The notes under the pieces were generated by a model that saw only the letters and a program-made list of their open reading frames with translations, searched no databases and was not told where the DNA came from. A stretch of DNA of 64,000 nucleotides. It comes from Trichinella spiralis. Its lineage: Eukaryota. A program made the translations under genes and the position numbers. The stretch lies in assembly GCF_000181795.1 (NCBI RefSeq), contig NW_003526948.1, forward strand, positions 3,078,945-3,142,944, in the 5' to 3' direction. This document shows, one piece after another, positions 60,201 to 64,000 of this stretch (the stretch's first letter is position 1; every line of letters begins with the position of its first letter).

Positions 60201-63200
60201 TAATGTGCAACTGCTCTTTCGTGTAAATTTTAATTTTAAAACTTATTCAAATTAGCTCAATAATTTATTAATATGCATACATATAGTATCAACTATTCAA
60301 ACGGATAATATGTACTTGCGGACAATTGAACGAAATATACACGTTCAACAATTGATCAACTGCCATTTTTGCACAGTAAAAGTGGACTGATTAAAAACCN
60401 NNNNNNNNNTACATTATTTTTCAAATTTCTACCTATCTGTTCCAATACTAGAATACGAGCGAAATTTAAAACTTTTGCCATTTGATATGAACAAATTTGA
60501 ATTTATATCTCACGAAAAAGGAACAAAAATTTTTTTCATGAATACTAACCAAATAAATATTTCAAATAATTGCCAATTCGAATAATTTGTTAACGGTACG
60601 TTGATTTGTTTTGTTACGTATAAATGCTTGAAAACAAGCGAACAGCATGAAATCTATTTGCAAATACAAAAAGTTGAATGGATGATGAATCCTTTTCATC
60701 TGATTAATGTGCATTCATTCAAGCTGTGTAAGCAAGCTCTCAAAGATAGAAAACCAAAAACACAAAATAATTTGCCATATCGTAAATGATAAAAATTTCA
60801 AAAAAAAGAAAAGCAAAAAAAAAGAATTTCAAAAATTTGATCCAATATGATTCCAGTGATCACTGAAAGATGATGAATAATCTGCTCAGGAGATCAAAGT
60901 TTTAATAAAGTTATTAAAATTGTTGGACAGCTGCTACTTGGTGACTTCAACTGCATCATCTACTGAGGAAGGAGCAACAGCGGAGAGAGTTAACATTAGC
61001 AAAAAATTTAAAAAGTTGTCAATAACCCCTCTGTGGATGTGTGCATTATTTATTTATAACTTTATACATGTGTTTTCACAAACTGTCATAGCCGTGTTTG
61101 CAGTTAAATTATTATTATTATTATTTTTATTAGCATGCGATTACTTCGTAAAATTGGCAAAGAAGTGCTAGACTCTATTGGGCAATTGTAACTGAAATTG
61201 CTTGCACATTACAGACAGTGATTACGAGCCGCTGCAAAGTCGATTCTCGTTCGCAACAAGGCTTAACTGCTTAAGAATGAAGAAAAGCGGCTTTTTTCCA
61301 CTGTTGTATTCACGTGAGCGAATTTTCCATTTTCATCGCATATTGCTATGCGTATGCAAGCGCGCTCAGCTGCACTTTTAGCTTCGAAGCTTGACAGCAC
61401 GTCCACCAGGTCCCGACGGACGTGCATGTCCAATGAACAATTTGATAATCTGCGGCCGAACCGTTTTGGCGCATCGTTCAGCAATTAGTGAACCAAACGA
61501 TCGAAAATTTTCTCCTCATCGCTCTTGCTGAAAAGCTAGCTGATTTTCCTATTTCATTTTCCAACCAGTCATCTTGCTCTTTTTTTCTTTTCAAATAAAA
61601 AAAAATATGCTCATGTATCATGTTGCATAATTTACGAGAATTAATCTGTCACCATGAAATAAAAAAAATAAACATACTGCACATTTTCCTACTATTGGGA
61701 AAACATTGTCAAAAATGAATATCATATTTTGAGCTTAATAAATTGAATTATCAAAACATAGTTCAAAAAAAACAGATAAAGCCGCACAGGAGAAATTCAT
61801 GCTTTAATCGTTGATGGAAAAGTTTATATCAAAGATTTCATTATCAATTTAAATGTGAAAGTATAATTATTTCACGATAGTGAATACCACGCTAGTGAAA
61901 GCTCGTATTTATTTCACAGCACAAGGAAATGAAGAACATTTATCGAATTATTTTAAAATAAAGATTATCAACTGTAAATGCGCGAACATGTTAAAGAGGT
62001 TGCAATACAATACAACTGTATCTTGCAATACAACAGAGCATGTTATAATTGAATCATAAAATATTTGTCAATGTTTCAAATTGTCCTCAGAGAAACTTGA
62101 TGCAGCATAAATAAATCTATTTCATAATTTTGTTTTCATGAAATGGAATCTTATTTTAAAAATACATTGATTATCATCATTATTTGAAAACAAATCTGAA
62201 TAGAAAAGCGGAGAAAGCATAATTTTTTTCCAATGTGAAATGCAGATATACGTGCGTGCGTAAATGTGTGTAAAAATTCGTGCTGTCTTGTTATTTTCTT
62301 TAATTATTTGTTAATTTGAAAACATGCAATAATTAATTCTGATAAAAGCGCACCAATTCACGCAATGAAAAAGATACTGGCCCATCTTTGCTAAAGTTCA
62401 TAATCGAAATGTGGAAGACTGATTGATATTTTATGATTGGAATGGAAATGCTTAATAACAGAATGTTTTGTGTCCATATTAGACAACAGTGACTGATCAT
62501 TAAAAGGAAAACTTTTATACCTTAAAAATTTACATTATACAAGAAGCAAATATTTATGAATAATTCAAACAGTGACGTGTGTTGAACATCAGAATAATAA
62601 TATATACATATCTTACTGTATATGTAACCTGCATCAGTTATGTTGCTTGTAAATTTAGCAAATGTTCTGTGCATGCTATTATCAAAATTGAAATAGGCTA
62701 AAGTTTCAAAACAACAAAGCAAACAAAATGTACAAACACAACAATCCGTGCGCAATTTCTGAAAATTAAATAACGAACTACACTAAATAATATAAAGTGA
62801 GAAACTACTTGCTGTTCGTTTAATTTACATGATTAAAATAATTTCTTCTCAAAGAATACAAATTCAATTATTTATCAACTTTAGTATCAATGACGTGCGA
62901 AAGAGCCATACAATTTCAGCTTGAAGCAGATCTAATCTACATACGTCAGAAAATGTTCGACTTAAGAACAATAGAGTGATGCTGTCGTGGTTTTTTCTGC
63001 CAATGAGTGCTCATTTCAAAAATTTGAAAAACAAAAAAGCATTTCCACCATCCCATATTCAGTTAGATTTCACAGCATGCATTTTAGCAGTACAAATTAA
63101 TTAGAAACGACGGTTGATTAAAAACGCGTTTCGGTCGTAGTAAAGATGATCAGAAATGATTAGAAAATCTCTTGTAATTTCCAGCAATATAATATTATTA

Positions 63201-63779
63201 TTGAAATATGTAAAATTTTGCAGACCAACATACTGCATTACCCATGAGTTGAAGATTGTCTTTTGGATTCTGTAGATTTTTGAAAACCATTTAATGATTA
63301 TTAATTTTCACATTAAAATACATTCATAATAATATAAATAAAGCTTCAACAAAGAGCATTAAATAAATAAAAATAAATTAACAGACGTTTCTACACACAC
63401 ACACACACACACGCACACACACATGTGGGCGTGCAGATTGCTAAACAGATAGAGCAATTATGAAATACTAGTTAAAATAATTAAACTCTATAAACCATAT
63501 TCGAATCATTCCAAAAAACGGAAATACCTGGTAAGACTGGTTAGCATGAAAAAGGCTCTGACATTTATGAATAAGACGAGCGAAAGCAGCGCTCAAAATG
63601 GTCAACTTCCGACGACCGTGTAGGGTTAGCTCCAATTGCTCAATATCTACTTGACCAAGCAGAAGGTCCAGATCAACAAAAGCCCTATCAAATTGTTTTT
63701 CAACTTGCTCCAGCGATGCATAAAAGCAAACCCCTTGTTGCGCCTGGTCTCCAGTTAAAGCATCTGTCGGCCTCGCCAT
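57202..63779 (-). CDS. GOPC: Golgi-associated PDZ and coiled-coil motif-containing protein (PIST/CAL)
   Basis: [23 protein letters not shown] (exon 1), [92 protein letters not shown]; ~4.5-kb first intron; stop at 57202-57204. Confidence 0.95.
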
Positions 63780-64000
63780 GAGCCGTTGCCGTTAGCCTGT
63801 GTCCAACGTTTCGATAACGGCTACTGATGAGCAGTGACCATAAACAGAAGCGTTGAGCAAAGAAAGACGACAAATTGCGCCTACTCGACTCAGTAACCAA
63901 CGATGGCAATAAACTGCAATGAAATTAAGCGCGCAGCGCTGAGGACCCAGAAGGAGCTAAGAAAAATCTTTAGCTTCCAGGGCGGCGCAGTTGTTGTTGC

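Noticed and set aside
59800..61560. Short ORFs in GOPC intron 1 (e.g. 61263-61484)
   Set aside because: No recognisable domain or consistent exon chain; may be regulatory sequence or an alternative first exon, which cannot be supported here.

Overview
Eukaryotic, AT-rich, intron-dense genomic DNA with short GT-AG introns and five 10-N scaffold gaps. It is most likely a nematode such as Trichinella (inferred from composition, intron style and repeats; not checked). There are no prokaryotic features. Genes in order: CPSF1 3' end (+), MTG2/GTPBP5 Obg GTPase (+), RMI1 (-), divergent SLC35E3-like transporter (+), SAC3/GANP (+), FBXO25/32-like F-box (+), two tandem secreted PAN/Apple-thrombospondin type-1 repeat (TSR) genes (-, the second truncated with a decayed tail), a possible DEP-domain relic, a ChaC-family gene with a degenerate active site (-), VPS4 (+) hosting an antisense atypical class A GPCR in one intron, a ~1.5-kb-unit repeat array carrying a hAT/Buster deletion derivative with intact TIRs and 8-bp TSD, ASH2L (+) and GOPC (-). 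The most notable items are the nested GPCR, whose 3' end overlaps a VPS4 exon, the probable ChaC pseudo-enzyme, and the PAN-TSR pair. All homology calls come from motif recognition and manual splicing, not from database searches.
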